From Salpingoeca rosetta (lineage: Eukaryota > Protista > Choanoflagellata), in NCBI GenBank assembly GCA_033442325.1, contig JAWQFM010000004.1, positions 676,979 through 740,978 of the forward strand: a stretch of 64,000 bases of DNA, given 5' to 3'. The position numbers and the translations under genes were made by a program. The stretch's first letter is position 1; every line of letters starts with the position of its first letter. Positions 30,485 through 55,842 of this stretch are shown here, in pieces. Below the pieces are notes generated by a model that was not told the DNA's origin, searched no databases, and saw only the letters and a program-made list of their open reading frames with translations.

Positions 30485-31252
30485 CCGCAATCCTCAGGCT
30501 CATTGCCTGTGCGTTGCTTGCTTGCTTGCTTGCTGGTGCAGGATCGGACACTGTCGTGGTTCAGGATGACCGCATCTTGGAGAAGCCAGAGTCAGATGAG
30601 GCCGTAAGGCGAAGTGTGTCGTGTGGTGTGTTTGTTTCTGTTTGTCTGTTTGTTTGTGCACGTGTTGAACATATGTATCCATGTCTTGATCGGAATTGAC
30701 ACCTCTGGCGTTCACATTCTGCTCATATTCCGCCTACACCTTGCCCACTCATTTCCAGGCGGCTGAGATGATCCGCCATCTTGCCGGGAAAACGCATTAC
30801 GTCGCCACGGGCGTGGCCCTCATCTTCCACAAAGGTCTGCACGCGAAGGAGGCAAAGTTGGTGTGGCGTGGTTGCTTGCTCTGCGTGCACTGGCTGTTTC
30901 GCTTATTTGGGACACACATTTCCTTTCATGCAGCGTCTCACCTTGTGCACGCGTCAACCGCACTGCGTTTTCGTCGCACCACCCGCTTCAACCTCTTGCC
31001 CTTCCCCTCTCTTTACTGTTCAGACGGAGAGACGGTGCATGAGACGTTCTGCACACAGACGGACGTGACGTTTGCCCACCTGACCGACGAGGAAATCCGC
31101 GCCTACGTCGCAACAGGTTTGTATTCATTTCGTGTGTGTGTGTGTGCGTGTGTGTGTGTGTGGCGATGAAATGGGGACGATTGTATGGAATGCACACGAG
31201 CGACCACAGCATCAGCCACCACTACCACAAACACACACACACACACACACAT

Positions 31253-31310
<58 letters not shown>

Positions 31311-31475
31311 TTGTACAATGCAGGGGATGGGCACGACAAGGCTGGGGCGTATGGGATCCAGAGCTGCGCGGGGGCGCTGATCGAGAGCATTCAGGGCGAC
31401 TACTACACGGTTGTTGGCCTCCCACTGCACGCGCTATGTAAACGCCTTGTCGCTTGGGCAGATGGCAGCACGTGA
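29851..31475 (+). CDS. Maf-family nucleoside triphosphate pyrophosphatase (ASMTL N-terminal/YhdE-like)
   Basis: [49 protein letters not shown] across spliced exons. Confidence 0.92.
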
Positions 31476-31808
31476 TATGTGATACGATGGCACGGAATGA
31501 GGTGCGGGGAGGGGGGGGGGGGTTGAGTAAACTGGCTGAAGCGGGTTTGAATCAGAGCATGTCAGGTTGATGCAAGGCGAGAATGGAGTAAGGGTTGAGA
31601 CTGAGGAAGAGACCTGAAAAGAGGAATCCGCGACACACACACACACACACACACACAGACACAGACACACANNNNNNNNNNNNNNNNNNNNNNNNNNNNN
31701 NNNNNNNNNNNNNNNNNNNNNNNNNNNNNNNNNNNNNNNNNNNNNNNNNNNNNNNNNNNNNNNNNNNNNNNCACACGACACACGACGACACACGACGACA
31801 CACGACAC

Positions 31809-31904
<96 letters not shown>

Positions 31905-32100
31905 ACACACAAAAAAACCAACTTCACAATCCGGACTCGAACCGCTGTCATCTCACTTTTATCCGCGCTGAGTGGGTGTTTGTTGTTGTTTGTTGCATGA
32001 GCGCCAACTGTGCTGTGCTTCGGACAACACCTTTCCCTTCCCCAACTTACCCTCTCTGCTATCTCTGCTTGCCCTTCCCCCCTCTCCCCTGTCCAACACG

Positions 32101-44357
<12,257 letters not shown>

Positions 44358-44842
44358 TGTGATGGTGGTGGCTGTGAGCAGAGTGTTTGTGCTGTTGTGG
44401 TTTGCCTGTCTGTGCATATGTTTGCTTGGTGGTTGTGCGTTTACTGCTGCTGTTGTGAGGTTCATTTGAACACGTGTTTGTTATCTTCAGATCATTCCCC
44501 ATTTCCGTGTCTGCTGTTCCTGTTACACTGGATGCATGTCACGATACGTTTTGTTTCTCTTCCAGCACGAAGCAGCGCCCGTTGTGGCCGTTCATGTTGT
44601 TGCTACCGTGGTTGCTGTAGTTGTTGATGGTGGTTTGAATTTGAACCATTCTCTTGACAGTACACGGTTCCACCACGCAGAACAGCAATACGAGAGGCGT
44701 GGTGGTGGGAGAACGAGGAGATGTCATGAAAGAAAGAAAGCAGGATAACACAAGCGAAATGCGTTCATTGCAGGCAGTGTCGTGCCACACACACAAACAC
44801 AAACACAAACACAGACACAGACACACACCACACACCACACAC

Positions 44843-44935
<93 letters not shown>

Positions 44936-44945
44936 CAACAGTACA

Positions 44946-45596
44946 TTATGGCGCCGGCGCCATGGTTGTCCAGTTGAACTTGAACATGTGTGGCATGCCC
45001 TGATGCGCAACGCCACTCCATTGCTCATCAAATACAAACGCAGGCACGTGCTCGTACGGCATGCCACTGATTGCGCGCACACGCTGCGCATTCACGTGCG
45101 AGTGATCGACGTTCTTGCTGTCGATGCCACCAAACGCATACGGCCCGTTGGATTGCTGGTGCGGCAGTGATGCGTCGGGGAGATCACAGCGGGCTGAAAT
45201 CTGGTTGCAAGGATTGCCCTTTGACAGGGGATCGCGCTTGTAGTTGTTGGAGTTCATCAGCTTGCACATGCTGTCAATGTCGTACACCTGCAGGTTGAGG
45301 TGGAGGCCCAAGAAGGGTGGGGGGAGGGTGGTTGCATGCAGGCACGGTGGTTAGACACTGGAGAATGGGAGACAGAGGCGTGTGTGTGCGTGTGTGTATG
45401 GGGGTGGGGAGAAGGGTTGCGCAAGCATGCTCCAATGTGTCGGCAGGGGAAAGCGGAAGTTGGATTGGAAAGGAGCGCAATCAATCAAGCGTCATGCAGC
45501 AAGACAAACGAGCTCGCAGGCGCACACCCAGCAAAACGGACAGAGGCGCAGGAGTGCACAAACAGGCACACGCACAAACGCACTGCTCCAATGGCA

Positions 45597-45633
<37 letters not shown>

Positions 45634-45810
45634 AAATGACCCTCAAACAGCACCTTGCCGTGATCGCGCCTAAAGATCTGTGCCCGTGGATCCGTGGTGT
45701 AGTTGAACCCGGCACGGCCATATCCGGAGATGGCGAAGATGTCCTTGAAATACGGGATGTTGTATGACGGTATGTACCGCTGGCGCTCAAGCAGCGGCGT
45801 CACGTCCTCC
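44946..45810 (-). CDS. Phospholipase B-like (PLBD) protein, last two exons only
   Basis: YIPSYNIPYF, PRAQIFRRD, MNSNNYKRDPLS, ISARCDL, GGIDSK, AISG, HQGMP..FKF; exons 45810-45654 and 45287-44946; upstream exons not found. Confidence 0.85.
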
Positions 45811-45851
45811 CTGCATTTGTGGGAGGGGATACAGGTACCATTGCACATATT

Positions 45852-45981
<130 letters not shown>

Positions 45982-46099
45982 TGAGATGGGATGCAAGAGA
46001 AGAGCAATCACGCTAGGATTTGAGCACACACGCATTCAAAGACACACGCACACGCACACACACGCTTATACACATACACACATACACACGCGAGCATAC

Positions 46100-47088
46100 A
46101 CGTCCTCCGCCACTCACGGCCATTGCGTTTGAGCCCAAGAAGCGAGCCCGCCGGCCCAGGTTGCATCTGGTCAACGACGGCGGCAACCGCCACCAGCCAG
46201 CCCCGCGCAGCAACGAGCAAGGGCTCAAGCGCGCGCGGCGAGACCTGCTCATCATCGCCACCCTCACCCTCGCCGTGCTGGTGTTCTGCGTACTTGGCTG
46301 CACTCTGCTGTGGACGGCGGACGCGAGCAAGTACACGGGCATTCGCCCAAACCAATACCGCACCGCCATCTTCGGCATGGCAGACATCTCCATCGTCGTC
46401 ACCATCATTTTCATGGTGTGTGCGTGCGTGTGTGCGTGGACGTGTGAATGTATGCGTATACGTGTTGTACGTTCGCGCGTGGACGTGTGAATGTATGCGT
46501 ATACGTGCTGTACGGTTTGTACTGCTCCTTGCTTTGCTTCCCCCTCCTCCCCTCATGTTCGACGCAACACCATCTTGCTCAACACATCTGACCATCATCT
46601 TTACCCCGCCCCGCCCCCACACACACACGCCGCTTTCAGATGAACTACCTGACTGGAGATGGGACGTATGTGTGGTTGGCAGCCGTGCTCACGGGCACAT
46701 ATGGCATCCCGCTGTTGTACAACTTTTACAACATTGTCGACCAGCTGCAAGAGGACGTGAAGAACAAGTTCCTCAAGCCAAACACCGTCATGCAGGTGTG
46801 TGTGTGTGTGTGTGTGTGCGTGTGTGTATGTGTGTGTTACTTGTATGGATGGCTAGTGGAGGATGAAACAAAGGTACGTTCCTGTTCCTCTCTTCACCTC
46901 CCTTGTATTCACACACACACATTCACACACATTCACACACACTATTTGACGCACGTGCGTATTACCGCGGTGCACTGCAGGTGAGCAGCGGGTCGTGGCT
47001 CCTGTTCTTCACCCACGCGGCCGTCCTCCTCAGCTGCGTCTGGCTCGCGCGCAGACCGGGCGAGAACGTCCGCAGGGGTGCTATGTGA
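46100..47088 (+). CDS. Small multi-pass membrane protein (about 4 TM), 5' end unclear
   Basis: In-phase exons ending 46415, 46640-46795 and 46981-47088 encode hydrophobic segments (LLIIATLTLAVLVFCVLG; ISIVVTIIFM; VWLAAVLTG; WLLFFTHAAVLLSCVWL). Confidence 0.6.
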
Positions 47089-47092
47089 ATGT

Positions 47093-47139
<47 letters not shown>

Positions 47140-47831
47140 TTGTGTGTGTGTGTGTGTGTGATTGTGTGTGTATGTGTGTTTGTGTGTGATTGTGTGTGAT
47201 TGTGTGTGATTGTGTGTGTAAAAGTCGTGTGTAGGTGTGTGTCTGTGTGTGTGCGTGTGCACGATTGCATGCCGGCTGTTTCATTTTGAGGTTCCGTTTC
47301 GTTAACACGCTGTGCTAAGCTGCGGATGCGCTGCATGCACACCGCATGCGCACTGCACGGACCATCGTGTCTCTCGATTCTTCTGCAGCGGGAGCGTGGT
47401 TGAATCTGCTCATCGCATCGGACAACCCACGCCCGTCTGGTCTGTCCACCATCACTTTCCCCTTTTGATCCCGTGTGCCTCCAATCTTGTTTTTGCAGCT
47501 TCATGTCCCACCGCGCCTGTTTCTCGCTTTCTTTTCCCACGCGTTACTCATGATGATACAGTCACTGCGCACGTGCTCCAAGCGGGCAGCTGCTGCGTGT
47601 GCTGTGCTGTTGACCCTTGGTTCACTGATAGTAAACTAATGCTTAAGATGAATGAATGTGGCGACAATGAGAATGGTGACGGTGATGGTGATGGTGATGA
47701 TTGCAATAATTTTAATGGTGATGATCACACAGCAAAGCACTGAGCAGTACACGGTCAAGGAGGGCATGAAGCGCGCCAATGACAACGCCACTGCTGTGAC
47801 AACATCGCAGCCAACACACGCACACACAGCA

Positions 47832-50009
47832 TCATTCACCATCTCCAGCAACATGAGCACCGGGCATCACATCGGCTGCACCTTGCACCTCACTTCCCAC
47901 ACGCTGCATTGGCTCGCGCAGTTGCTCTCTGTCCAATCCCTCCTCCCCCTCCTTCCCCTTCGCGTCACTGTGTTCTTCTTCTTCCTCCCCCTCCTTCCCC
48001 TTCGCGTCACTGTGTTCTTCTTCTTCCTCCCCCTGCTTCTCTTCCCCTTGCTCTTGCTGCTTCTCTTTCCCTTGCTCCTGCTGCTGCGACAGCACGCGAG
48101 TGAGCGCTTCGTCGTGTGCGTGCACTGCATCCAACGCGGCCTTGAGCCGATGCAGGCCAGGTTCATCGCGTGCCATCACCTGTAGCGTGGGCCCAAGCTC
48201 CTGGAACTCGACAAAGAGGTGTGGTGCCGCTGCCATTGCTCGCCACCGCTTCTCACGCTCCGCCCGCATTCGCTCGGACGCATTTTCATCCAACGGGGCT
48301 GCAAGAGGCGCCACGCTGCTCGCCCGCGTCACCGTCTCTCCTGCCACCACAGCCGCCGTTGTCATTCCCGTTGCTGACGTCCTTGAGTTGCGCGTTGTTT
48401 GCGGCTGCTGCTTTCCTTCGTTCTCCTCTTGCCCCTCTGCTCTCACCCCATCGTCCTGCACTTGCTCCTGTGCCCCCACCCCCAACTTGGCCCCACGTTC
48501 TTCGCCCGTCTGCTGCTGTGCGGTGCCTTCCTCTCGCACTTGCACCGGCACCACCACGTCCCTGAATGCGCCTGGTGCAAACACCATGCTTGGCTGTCTT
48601 CGGCTGCGACGGCGCCGATGCACGTTGCCACCACCTCCACTTCCTCCACTACCACCGCCGTTACCATTGCTCGCATCACTGCGATTGCTCGCGTCACTGC
48701 AATTGCCGCCACTCGCACCACCCATGCCACTGCCACGGCTGCCACTGCTGCTGCTGCTGGCGATGCTGGCACGGGAGGAGCGCTCGCGGATTGGCGGCGG
48801 TGGCACATACGGCGGTTGTGGGGGCGGCACGAAGAGGCGACACCGCGACTCGCGTGTCAGCGCAGTGAGCATGCCGCTTGCCGATATGTCAAGCGCGGTT
48901 GCTTCCGGAGGGATGACGCTTGCAGCACCGTAGAACTCCACCTTCCGCAGCATGCTGAGCAGGATGTCGTTGAACGTGCACGTCATCTTGTAGTGCTCCT
49001 CCGTGCTGCGTGACACGCACAGCCAGCGGGAGTGGCGCCGCTGACACCAGCGGGCCAACGCTTCGTGTGCCGGGTCGTCCAGAAACGCCTTTGCACGCTG
49101 CTCCACGTCGCGTGCGTGCTCTGGCACGTGCATGGTGCTGCCGCACGTGTCGACGGTCCGTGTGTCGATGGCGGCGGCATCCATGGCCGAGCGCAGGCTG
49201 CTCACGCGGTCGCGGTCAACCAGCAGGGAACACGAGAAGGGCGAGTTGTCCGCCACCACCTCAAACTCACGGGACCAGTGGTACATCACGTGCCGTGGTG
49301 ATGCACTCACAAGCACCACCGCCTTTGTGGTGTCCATGGGTGCGCAGTACGCCAGACCGATGAGGGCGTGCACGACAACGTGGTGGCTCATGCGCTGCAG
49401 GGCATATGCGCACGCAACGTCGCCAACACCGTGGCCGATGGCGCCGGCCGGGTGCACGCCGAGCTCGCCCAGGTAGTCGACCATGCACACCTCCATGCCA
49501 ACAACACGCAGCAGCATGTCAAGCAGGGCCTCGCGCTGCGACACCACGTCCTCATCGTCCTCGGCCGGCCACGTCAGAGACGACCATCTGCTGCTGTTGA
49601 CGATGGTGTTGGGGTTGTTCTGAGGAGGCGGAGCATCAGATGTTGTGTCGCCTGGCTTTGCAGCTTCGAGGTCGGAGGCCTTGCTGCTAGTGGCGTCGCG
49701 GGTGGTGGTGTCGTGCTCCATAGCAGGGGTGCGTGTTTGTGCATCGTCGCTGCTTGCCGTGCGGATGTGCTCTGCAGTGAGGAGCTGTGGGAAAGGATTG
49801 AGCTGCGCACGGCGTGGGCACACGTCCTTATATGCCTGCTGGAAGTTGTCGACAATGCGAGCGAACCGCGGGAGCTGCAGCAGCTGCCTTCCCGCATCGG
49901 ACCACTCGCTGCCGAGACCGCCAAACACAAACCACACGGGGTCCTCTGGTGTCGTGGTCAGTGGCTTGGGTGGCGTTGTGCGTGGCTGGCTCATGGCTTG
50001 CTGCTCCAT
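47832..50009 (-). CDS. Stand-alone FAS/PKS malonyl/acetyl-transferase (MAT)-like protein, predicted inactive
   Basis: Intronless 725-aa ORF; PVWFVFGGLGSEW..LLQLPRF and LGVHPAGAIGHGVGDVACAYA resemble the animal FASN MAT domain; low-complexity C-terminus. Confidence 0.75.
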   Translation of the reverse strand: MEQQAMSQPRTTPPKPLTTTPEDPVWFVFGGLGSEWSDAGRQLLQLPRFARIVDNFQQAYKDVCPRRAQLNPFPQLLTAEHIRTASSDDAQTRTPAMEHDTTTRDATSSKASDLEAAKPGDTTSDAPPPQNNPNTIVNSSRWSSLTWPAEDDEDVVSQREALLDMLLRVVGMEVCMVDYLGELGVHPAGAIGHGVGDVACAYALQRMSHHVVVHALIGLAYCAPMDTTKAVVLVSASPRHVMYHWSREFEVVADNSPFSCSLLVDRDRVSSLRSAMDAAAIDTRTVDTCGSTMHVPEHARDVEQRAKAFLDDPAHEALARWCQRRHSRWLCVSRSTEEHYKMTCTFNDILLSMLRKVEFYGAASVIPPEATALDISASGMLTALTRESRCRLFVPPPQPPYVPPPPIRERSSRASIASSSSSGSRGSGMGGASGGNCSDASNRSDASNGNGGGSGGSGGGGNVHRRRRSRRQPSMVFAPGAFRDVVVPVQVREEGTAQQQTGEERGAKLGVGAQEQVQDDGVRAEGQEENEGKQQPQTTRNSRTSATGMTTAAVVAGETVTRASSVAPLAAPLDENASERMRAEREKRWRAMAAAPHLFVEFQELGPTLQVMARDEPGLHRLKAALDAVHAHDEALTRVLSQQQEQGKEKQQEQGEEKQGEEEEEHSDAKGKEGEEEEEHSDAKGKEGEEGLDREQLREPMQRVGSEVQGAADVMPGAHVAGDGE

Positions 50010-50149
50010 CTTTCTTTTGGACTTGGCTTGGTGGGATGCAGAGATCTGAGGGGGTATGAGGGAGGGAGATGAGGAGGGCGAGGAAGGGGAAGATGAGTGG
50101 GATCAGGCCACGCTGGGACACGATGTGTGACAAGAGAAATGAAAGCAAG

Positions 50150-50218
<69 letters not shown>

Positions 50219-50513
50219 AGTGGAGTGGATGACCATGCTGTGACCTTAGGGTATTGTTCCCAGCATGCCGTGTTTGTTATGCCTGCTCGTAGAGGGGAGA
50301 ACTAGGCGTCATTGTTCATCTAGGCAAGCCGTCGGTGCCTGTGCACGGGGCAGTCCGGATCACTGGGCGAGGACAGACGACAAGAGTCTAAGAGTGAAGA
50401 CAGGTGAACGGGGGTGAGGGGGTGGGACGCAGTGGTGGAAAAGACGAACAATCCAACGGTGGTGTTCAAATCGATTGCGGCGAGTTGTGTTGTTTGTGGC
50501 CACTACAACCCTG

Positions 50514-51803
50514 ATGCAAATGATGATGCGTCTCGCTCTGGCTCTCCTCCTTGTCGCGTGGAGCTGGGCGTTGATGGCAGATGTCCGCGGCGAGGCGGTC
50601 ATCAAGGAAGATGATGCAGGAAGCATCCATATCAACACGAGCGATCCCGTGCGCGAGCCTGTCTTGGTGAACGGGATGAATGTGGCTGATATGTTTGAGA
50701 CAGTCGCAGCGCAGCACAGCATGCTGGAGGAGTACAAGGCGACGGCGCACACGCAGCAGCGAATGATGGACGCGCAAGAGCAGACGCTTAATGCGCAGCA
50801 GGAGAAGATAGAGGCCCTCCGAGCTCAGGTGTGTCCCGCAAGGACATCCACGTTTGGGCAGCTTGTACAACTTGGTCCGTTTGGCTATAAGTGGCTTGGC
50901 GGTGTGGTTGCTGACAACGGCCTGATCTACGCTGCTCCTTTCAACTCGCCGTCCGTCCTCATCATCGACCCCAGCAACAACACGGTCGACACGACTACCA
51001 TTTCCGGACTTGGAATAGACTCGGGTAAGTGGGCGGGCGCCGTCGTGGCGCACACCGGTCTCATCTACATGTTTGCAGCATCTGCGACGACCATGCTCAT
51101 AGTGGACCCGAACACCAACGCTGCTGACACCAGCAGCATCACCTCACCCGGCCCTGGCAGTTTCAAATGGTTTAGTGGTGTGGCTGCTGACAACGGCCTC
51201 ATCTTCGGTGTCCCCCACTTTGCGTCGTCCGTGCTGATCATCGATCCCGCCACGAATGGCACGGATATGACCACACTGTCTGGGTTCAGCGGAAGTGCCC
51301 AGTGGTATGGCGGCATCCAAGCGCCCAACGGCCTCATCTACTGCATTCCTGTCTCCGCTAACTCGGTCCTGATCATCAACCCCATGTCCCTCACCATGGA
51401 CCAGACCACGATTCAAGGGCTGGAGACCACCCCCTATCAGTGGTACGGTGGTGCGCTTGCAAGGAACGGGCTGATCTACGGCATCCCGTCGATTGGGGTG
51501 TCGATGCTCATCATTGACCCAGCAACGAACGCGACAGACACGCTTGTGGCCGCTGCTGCAAGCTCATCCTCAAAGTGGGTTGGCGGTGTGCTTGCGCCCA
51601 ACGGCAACATTATCGGCATCCCCTACAGCTCGCCACCAGGTGTGCTCATCTTCGATCCAACCACCAACGACATCGACACAACCACTCTGACCGGTTTTGA
51701 CGGCATCAACCAGTGGGTCGATGGGGTGCTGGCTGGCAACGGGCTTGTGTATGGCATCCCATATGCTGCTGGTACCGTCCTCGTCATTGACCCTGGGTGT
51801 TGA
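50514..51803 (+). CDS. Secreted coiled-coil plus 7-repeat beta-propeller protein (paralog 1)
   Basis: Intronless; signal peptide; VIKEDDAGSIHINTS motif; heptad segment; seven W..GVLA.NGLIYGIP....VLIIDP repeats. Confidence 0.88.
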   Translation: MQMMMRLALALLLVAWSWALMADVRGEAVIKEDDAGSIHINTSDPVREPVLVNGMNVADMFETVAAQHSMLEEYKATAHTQQRMMDAQEQTLNAQQEKIEALRAQVCPARTSTFGQLVQLGPFGYKWLGGVVADNGLIYAAPFNSPSVLIIDPSNNTVDTTTISGLGIDSGKWAGAVVAHTGLIYMFAASATTMLIVDPNTNAADTSSITSPGPGSFKWFSGVAADNGLIFGVPHFASSVLIIDPATNGTDMTTLSGFSGSAQWYGGIQAPNGLIYCIPVSANSVLIINPMSLTMDQTTIQGLETTPYQWYGGALARNGLIYGIPSIGVSMLIIDPATNATDTLVAAAASSSSKWVGGVLAPNGNIIGIPYSSPPGVLIFDPTTNDIDTTTLTGFDGINQWVDGVLAGNGLVYGIPYAAGTVLVIDPGC

Positions 51804-51911
51804 TGTGTCTGTGTGTGTGTACGTGTATGTGTGTGTATGTGCGTGTGTGTATGTGCGTGTGTATGTGTGTGTGTGTGTGTGTATGTGCATGTGTGTGTGT
51901 GTGTGTATGTG

Positions 51912-52001
<90 letters not shown>

Positions 52002-52361
52002 TGTGTGTGTGTCTGTGTGTCTGTGTGTGTGTGTCCGTCCATGTGTCTGTCCGTTTGTCTGTGTCCATGTCCTTTGCGATCCCTTTGTCCCTTTGTCTCT
52101 TTGTCCCTTCCTTGAGATCATACCCACTCAGCAACGCTGCTTGACCGCCCCCCCCCCGCCCCACCCCGTTGTCTTCGTATTCCCTTGTTACTCGCCAACC
52201 GGGCTTTGCTGGAGAACGACAGTAAACAACAACACAGCATGGAGTTGGCTGTGAGCCTCTAACGACGGGGAGCACAAACACACACACACACACACACACA
52301 TACTCATAGGCATACTTACACACGCCACACGCACACACACACATACTCTCACACATTCACA

Positions 52362-52437
<76 letters not shown>

Positions 52438-52586
52438 CATAGGAATCCAGTCGGCCCATTAGGATCTTACATCGGGTTGGTAACAACGTAAAGAATACGC
52501 TCATTTTATCCCATTCAACTCTTGAGAGCCAACATGTGGCACGGTGAAGCTGTCCCATCACACACACACACACTACTCACACACTA

Positions 52587-52666
<80 letters not shown>

Positions 52667-52703
52667 CATTTCTGCGACATCGCTCAAACCCAACAAACAC
52701 AAG

Positions 52704-54026
52704 ATGCGGCCGTGCTGTGTGAGCGCAATTGTGCCTGCTGCTGTTGCGGTGGCGTGCGTGGCGTGGAGCTTGGCGCTGGTGACGACGACGACGACGGTGG
52801 CGGGCGTTCGTGGGGAGGCGGTCATCGCGGAGGATGATGCTGGTGTGGTGCACATCAACACGAGCGAACCGGCGAGCCAATCCGTGTATGTGAACGGGGT
52901 GGATGTCGCGGAGCTGATGGATGTGGTGAGCATGCAAGCTGGGACGCTGCAGGCACAGCAGCGGCGCGTGCAGGCCCTGTGCCAGAGGTTCAACCCGCCC
53001 AGCGTGGACACGACATCCATCCCAGACGCGGCGTCCGACCCGAGGTCTCGCGGGTGGCACGGCTTCGTGGCTGGGCCGGACGGCCTCCTGTACGGCATCC
53101 CCTTTGCGTGGAACACAGTGCTCATCGTGGACACGCAGACCAAGACCATGGACCGAACGACCATCAGCGGCGCAGATGCTCCGGGCAACAAGTGGGGCAA
53201 CGGGGTGCTTGACGTAGACACGGGCCTCATCTTCGCCTTTCCGCACGACGCCGCCGCCGTGCTGATCATCAACCCCGCCACCAACGCCATTGACACGAGC
53301 ACCATGGACGGGTTGCCCTCTGGTGGCGACAAGTGGCTGAGCGGCGTGCAGGCAGACAACGGGCTCATCTACAGCGTGCCGTGGAGCGCGCCCAGTGTCC
53401 TGATCATCGACCCGAAGACCAACACCACGGACATGTCCACGATCATGGGGCTTGGCCGCGAGTCCTTCAAGTGGTATGGCGGGGCGCTGGCGCCCAGCAA
53501 CGGCCTCATCTACTGCATCCCGCGCGCGGCTGCTGCCGTGCTCATCATCGACCCCAGCACCAACACGGTGGACATGTCCAGCATGGTGGTGGGCGCCGCT
53601 GGCGGCTCCAAGTGGACTGGCGGGGTGCTGGCGCCCAGCAACGGCCTCATCTACGGGATTCCCGCCAACGCACGTGCTGTGCTGGTGATTGACCCGTCCA
53701 CCAACACGGCCGACAACACCACGCTGCGCGTCCCTGTCACTGGTGGTGCCAGTGCTGCGAGCGGCGCTGGTGCAGAGGACAACGCCAGCCTGTGGTGGGG
53801 CGGCGTGCTAGCGCGCAACGGCCGCATCCTTGGCGTGCCGTTTGCGGCGCAGTCCGTGCTGGTGATTGACCCGGTCTCGCAGACGCTTGACACGACGACG
53901 CTGAGTGGGATCCTTCCCGACAGCAACAACGACGACAAGTGGTGGGCTGGCGCCATGAGCAACGGTCTCATTGCCTGCACACCGCGCACAGGGGCTTCCG
54001 TCCTCTTCATCAACCCTGGCTGCTAG
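52704..54026 (+). CDS. Secreted 7-repeat beta-propeller protein (paralog 2)
   Basis: Intronless; same architecture (VIAEDDAGVVHINTS; seven repeats; ends INPGC). Confidence 0.88.
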   Translation: MRPCCVSAIVPAAVAVACVAWSLALVTTTTTVAGVRGEAVIAEDDAGVVHINTSEPASQSVYVNGVDVAELMDVVSMQAGTLQAQQRRVQALCQRFNPPSVDTTSIPDAASDPRSRGWHGFVAGPDGLLYGIPFAWNTVLIVDTQTKTMDRTTISGADAPGNKWGNGVLDVDTGLIFAFPHDAAAVLIINPATNAIDTSTMDGLPSGGDKWLSGVQADNGLIYSVPWSAPSVLIIDPKTNTTDMSTIMGLGRESFKWYGGALAPSNGLIYCIPRAAAAVLIIDPSTNTVDMSSMVVGAAGGSKWTGGVLAPSNGLIYGIPANARAVLVIDPSTNTADNTTLRVPVTGGASAASGAGAEDNASLWWGGVLARNGRILGVPFAAQSVLVIDPVSQTLDTTTLSGILPDSNNDDKWWAGAMSNGLIACTPRTGASVLFINPGC

Positions 54027-54058
54027 CCGTGTGGAACAGGTGGAAGCGGGGACAGGGC

Positions 54059-54162
<104 letters not shown>

Positions 54163-54586
54163 CGTGCGCGTGCGTGCGTGTGCGCGCGTAAGTGCGTGAG
54201 TGTGAGTGAGTGAGTGTGAGAGAGAGTGTGTGTGTGTGTGCGTGTGTGCTGCACGAGTGAACGCGGTTGTGAAAGCTCTGCTGGTATGTATCCTTCTTCG
54301 CACGCACACATGCATCTGACAAGCTTGGTGAGTGTCTTTGACGAAATGAAAAGTTCAATGCTGGTGACGCTGTAACGGGAGAGCGCGTCGTGGCGACTCG
54401 AGGGATGAACAAACACAAAATCACCAATCAATGGGTTCAAATCAAACAAATAAAGGAGGGGAACACAGGTCACATCACTGGCATCAGTCAATCGCGGAAG
54501 TGCACACAATACGGGTGGGGAGAGAGCAAGTAACAAGACCATGGTACTGCTATGAACAATCGAACGATTGTGCGCAACACGTGCTG

Positions 54587-54637
<51 letters not shown>

Positions 54638-54682
54638 CGACGTCACTGCATGGTGATCGGCCATCACGTGTGCGTCTGGTGG

Positions 54683-55772
54683 TCACGGAAACACTCGTTC
54701 AACAATGCGGACGGGGCATGTCATCTGGTGGTGCACGTAGTGCAGGAGTTGTGACCTGCAAGTGGTGTGGAAGATGGCGGGATACACATGTGAGGTAATG
54801 GCGTGAGTTAAGTTTCGCCCGCGCGATGCGTATGTGCCCGCGTGATGCGTACGCGCACACGTGTTTACTGGAAACACACACACATACACAAACACACACG
54901 CGCAAATACGCAAACAAATCCACACCGCTCAAGTACAGACCTGAGGTCCTGGAGTTGCTCGACGAGGGCGTGCTTGAACCAGCACTGGAGGAGGAAGCGC
55001 TTGCCACGGCGTGTGCAGGCGAGCCCTTGGAAGCAAGGAGCGGTGATAGTGGATCCAATGGCCGCAAAGCACTGTCGAGGTGGTGGCGGTGGAGATCGTG
55101 TGAGGCAGCGGCAAAGGAGCAAAGCACACCATTTAGGTGCGCCCATCGTGAATCAGAGAGAGAGAGAGAGTGTGTGTGTGTGTGTGTGCGTGTGGGTGAA
55201 AAACTTTCTGCACACACAAGTGCACACGCATACACATACGCACATTCCCCCTCGCTCCCCCGATTCCCATGCATTCTCCCCCACATCCATCTCCTCCTCA
55301 CTTGCGTACCGCTCTCTCCCACGCCTCGTCTGCAAACTCGATGTCAAACGCCAGCAGGAACATGCCGCCGCCCGAATACCGCTGGTGGCATCGACACCAA
55401 TGCAGGTAACAGTCACAATTACAATGAGGAGAGCAGTGGTGTATGCATGTGAGTGGAGATCATGACAACGGGACGGGGATGGGAGACAACAGGAACGCGA
55501 TGTACATGTGCACATCAACAAATCTATGTACACGCGTGCGTGTGTGTGTGCGTGTGTGTGTGTGTGCGTGTGTCTGTATTCCTGAATGCATGTGTGTCCC
55601 ACGGTGATTGTGAAGCCAGACAAAGAACAGCCGTGCATGCGACGTGCTCACCTCCCAACATGGTGGTTTCGCTCCCCTTGAACCACCAATGTACATACAT
55701 GTGTGCAAAGCTGATCATGTGAGAAGCAAGCTTGACAGGCACAGAACACGCCAGCCGCAGATTGCCACAAAT

Positions 55773-55842
<70 letters not shown>

